From the NCBI GenBank assembly GCA_009914755.4, contig CP086569.2, positions 23,168,001 through 23,232,000 on the forward strand: a stretch of 64,000 bases of DNA. The letters run 5' to 3'. The stretch comes from the human T2T-CHM13v2.0 reference genome, Homo sapiens. The stretch's first letter is position 1. The number at the start of each line of letters is the position of its first letter. Below, one piece after another: positions 61,062-64,000 of the stretch. The notes under the pieces were generated by a model. It had not been told where the DNA came from and made no database searches. It saw only the letters and a program-made list of their open reading frames with translations. Made by a program: the position numbers and the translations under genes.

Positions 61062-62504
61062 AAAAAAATTTAAAATGCCAAAATATGTTCTATATAATTT
61101 TCATTTTTTACTTTTTTGAGTTGTGGTAGTCTGATCAACCTTAAAAAAGTATTTTTATTATGAAATAGTCATCCATATTTCATCCCCCTCTCAAATATTA
61201 GCAATAAGCTCACTCTACATGGTGTCTGCTTATTTCATAAAATAATGCACAAAGGAGAAAAGCAATAACTGAATTTTAAAGAAATCTATAAGAAACAAGC
61301 AATAATAAGTAAAATAACATCAAAAGAAAGCAAGAAAAATAAGTCAATTAGGAATGTAAAGTTTTGTCATCTTAATCTTGTATCTTCCCTTTTTGGTTGT
61401 AATATAATATTTGAACAGCTTATTTTATTTGCTTATGAGATAAATGTAGTGATTTGACCCAAACTTCCAAAATTAACAGAAACAATATACACACATAGGC
61501 GGTTTCTCTGTCCTCAGTTTGTGTATAATAAATAACATCCTTAATTAACAGAGCTCTAGTAAAATAAATACCATTTATATTCCTGAAAAAAATATTTTAT
61601 TAACTGACAGACTATAGTGTCCATTAAGTTATTCTCCCCCATCTATTACATTCTATGAATTTTGCGGCAAAATAAAAATGTAACATAAGAAAATAGGTTT
61701 AAATATCTACACAATGCAACCCAAACTTATTTTTCTGAGTTTGTCTATAAATTGTGCATATCAGAATTGTAAAGAACAGTTCTTAAAAAAATGCTTATTA
61801 TAAGCCACTTTTTAAGTGCTTTATATTAATTTTAACAAATTAAAGTCTATACATTCTATACTCACACTTATGAACTGCTTAGTTCATAAACTATACCATA
61901 CCAATATAGAGCTGTTTGTGTCTGCATAATATTTTAATTTATCTTTTCAATGTTTTCTTTTCTGATGAATATCCTAACAGTAAAAACATCATCTGAAGGT
62001 AAAGATATTTTATGTTATGTATATTTTAGAAAAAGTTTCTTAAATTATGGTTACCATCTCTTGGTATTATTAGTTTCTTTGTTACAAAACCCACAGTAGC
62101 ATTCTATTCTAAATATGTGTACGTTTTTTATTATTCAAGAGAGGAAACTATTTTCTTTCCAAACATGCTTCTCTTTCATCCCAGTGTCTTCTTCATTACC
62201 CAACCTTCATAAGGAATCAATTAGGTAGCCAACAATCATATAGTTGTATAAATTTCTCCTGTTCCAGACTTTCCTCCGAGCATAGAGGAAAGACTAGGGG
62301 TCGAAAATGTAGTGGCTGCTTCAGGAAGATCAACCTAGGTCCTAGAGGTACCTTGGGAGCTAGGTAGGGTATGGCATGGTCAGTGCTGACAGTCTGAGCT
62401 TGGGCAGAATCCCGAAGATGACTAAGCCCCACTTGGACCATTCTATTCTAAAATACGTGTACATGAAGAAAATAGAACAATGATTAAAATACATAAACAA
62501 ATGA

Positions 62505-62790
62505 GCCTGGGCATGGTGGCTCACACCTGGAAGCCCAGCATTTTGGGAGGCTGGTGCAGGCGGATCACAGGAGTACGAATCCAGCCTGGCAAATATGGTG
62601 AAACTAGTCTCGACTAAAAATACAAACATTAGCAGGACATAGTGGCATATGCCTGTAATCCCAGCTCCTCGGAAGGCTAAGGCAGGGGAATCGTGTGAAG
62701 CTGGAGGGAGAGGTTTCAGTGAGCCAAGATTTTGCCACTTCACTCCAGCCTGGATGACGGAGTGAGACTCCATCTGGAAACAAACAAACA
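62505..62790 (+). mobile_element. Alu (older AluS/J-type)
   Basis: gcctgggcatggtggctcacacctggaagcccagcattttgggaggctggtgcaggcggatcacagg...cacttcactccagcctggatgacggagtgagactccatctg. Confidence 0.85.
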
Positions 62791-62943
62791 CACACATACG
62801 CCCCAAAAACTAATGAATAAAAAAAATCTGTATTAGAAAAAGTGCTCACAGGCTAACTCCCATATCTAACAGAAAAAAAAAATCCTTGAAAATGAAAGTT
62901 CTGGAAGGGGCAAATAAGAAAACAAATTTAACACCTCACATGT

Positions 62944-63100
62944 AAACATACTTTAAAGATACTAATTAGAAAATTAGTATCTGTTCTCAGATACTAATAA
63001 GTAAGATATTACTTATTATACTATATTACTTATATACTAGTAAGTAAGATATTACTACTAAGTAAGATATTAGCAAAACATACTTTAAAGATACTAATTA
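62944..63100. repeat. Local AT-rich tandem/duplicated motifs (taagtaagatattact units; the 30-bp segment aaacatactttaaagatactaattagaaa is repeated at 62944 and 63075)
   Basis: ..ctaataagtaagatattacttattatactatattacttatatactagtaagtaagatattactactaagtaagatattagc.. Confidence 0.6.
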
Positions 63101-63110
63101 GAAAGCACTG

Positions 63111-63459
<349 letters not shown>

Positions 63460-64000
63460 TCAATAAAATCCTTTACTCTTACAGTAAGAACCAATTATTA
63501 AATGTTGATTACCTAGCTCCTGGATGGTTTTCTAAGTATTTCAGAACTGTTGTTTTAGTAATAACCACTTAGCATACTTGTGAGAATTACTGGTTCTACA
63601 GGTCTCATTTCAGATGATTGGACCGGGATTTTGAAGGAAAATAGCTAGAAGTATCTGGGTATATATTTTATGACCCACGTAATTATTTGAGGATGCTTGT
63701 GAAACTCTGGTCTGACAAATAAGATACAGTAAAACAACAACAACAAAAACAACAAAACCAAAAACAGAACCAAAAAAAAGACCCCAAAAATAAGCCACAC
63801 GTGAAGAACATCAAGCCAGGAGTCAGGAACAAATACTTTATCTTTTCCTAACTTCAGGATTCTCAATTTGTATGCCCCTATCTTCTTTTTCATTCTTGGT
63901 AAATACTACTCCAACTATCCAACACTTCAGAGTACTAATTAACCTGTTAGTTTGAAATTCAGCAAAATATATGAAACCTATTTCTGAACATTTTCTTTAG

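Overview
This is a primate (human-type) intergenic, AT-rich, repeat-dense window: AluY/S/J, L1PA and L1M elements, and a HERV-K-superfamily provirus tail. I could not support any intact cellular protein-coding gene, tRNA, rRNA or CRISPR array. Almost all ORFs in the supplied track lie inside transposable elements or low-complexity tandem arrays. The main structures, in order along the window:

1. Positions 1 to about 5740: the 3' part of a betaretrovirus-like endogenous provirus (dUTPase-protease, RT-RNaseH-integrase, env remnant, 3' LTR), heavily mutated.
2. About 10.4-15.5 kb: an L1P element whose ORF2 3' region is split by a ~2.65 kb AT-rich higher-order minisatellite (TATATAGGATATAT-type units in three variant blocks). 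The array includes a copy of its own flank and ends in a 28-nt perfect palindrome.
3. 23.8-27.1 kb: a young, 5'-truncated L1PA element with a disrupted ORF2.
4. 31.8-35.2 kb: an unusual satellite-like block. Two arrays of a ~60-bp repeat family lie in opposite orientation (head-to-head), followed directly by a ~240 bp (CTCTAT)n microsatellite.
5. 36.8-56.2 kb: an old (~88-90% identity) direct tandem segmental duplication. Copy A is ~8.5 kb and copy B ~10.9 kb. The junction carries a 38-nt filler templated from inside the unit, and the copies have since diverged by indels, Alu/L1 insertions and microsatellite expansion.
6. 57.5-58.3 kb: a CpG-retaining ~750 bp segment ending in AATAAA plus a poly(A) tract. 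It looks like a retro-inserted transcript 3' end (processed retrocopy) or a solitary LTR.
7. 59.15-61.06 kb: a young L1PA insertion inside an older L1. Both its segments meet at the same L1 coordinate, the classic twin-priming 5'-inversion structure.
8. Near 63.1 kb: an AluY with an intact target-site duplication.

I did not find a novel biological system in the prokaryotic sense. The points most worth a second look are the inverted satellite block, the L1-embedded AT minisatellite with its palindrome, the structured tandem duplication junction, and the CpG-rich retrocopy-like segment.
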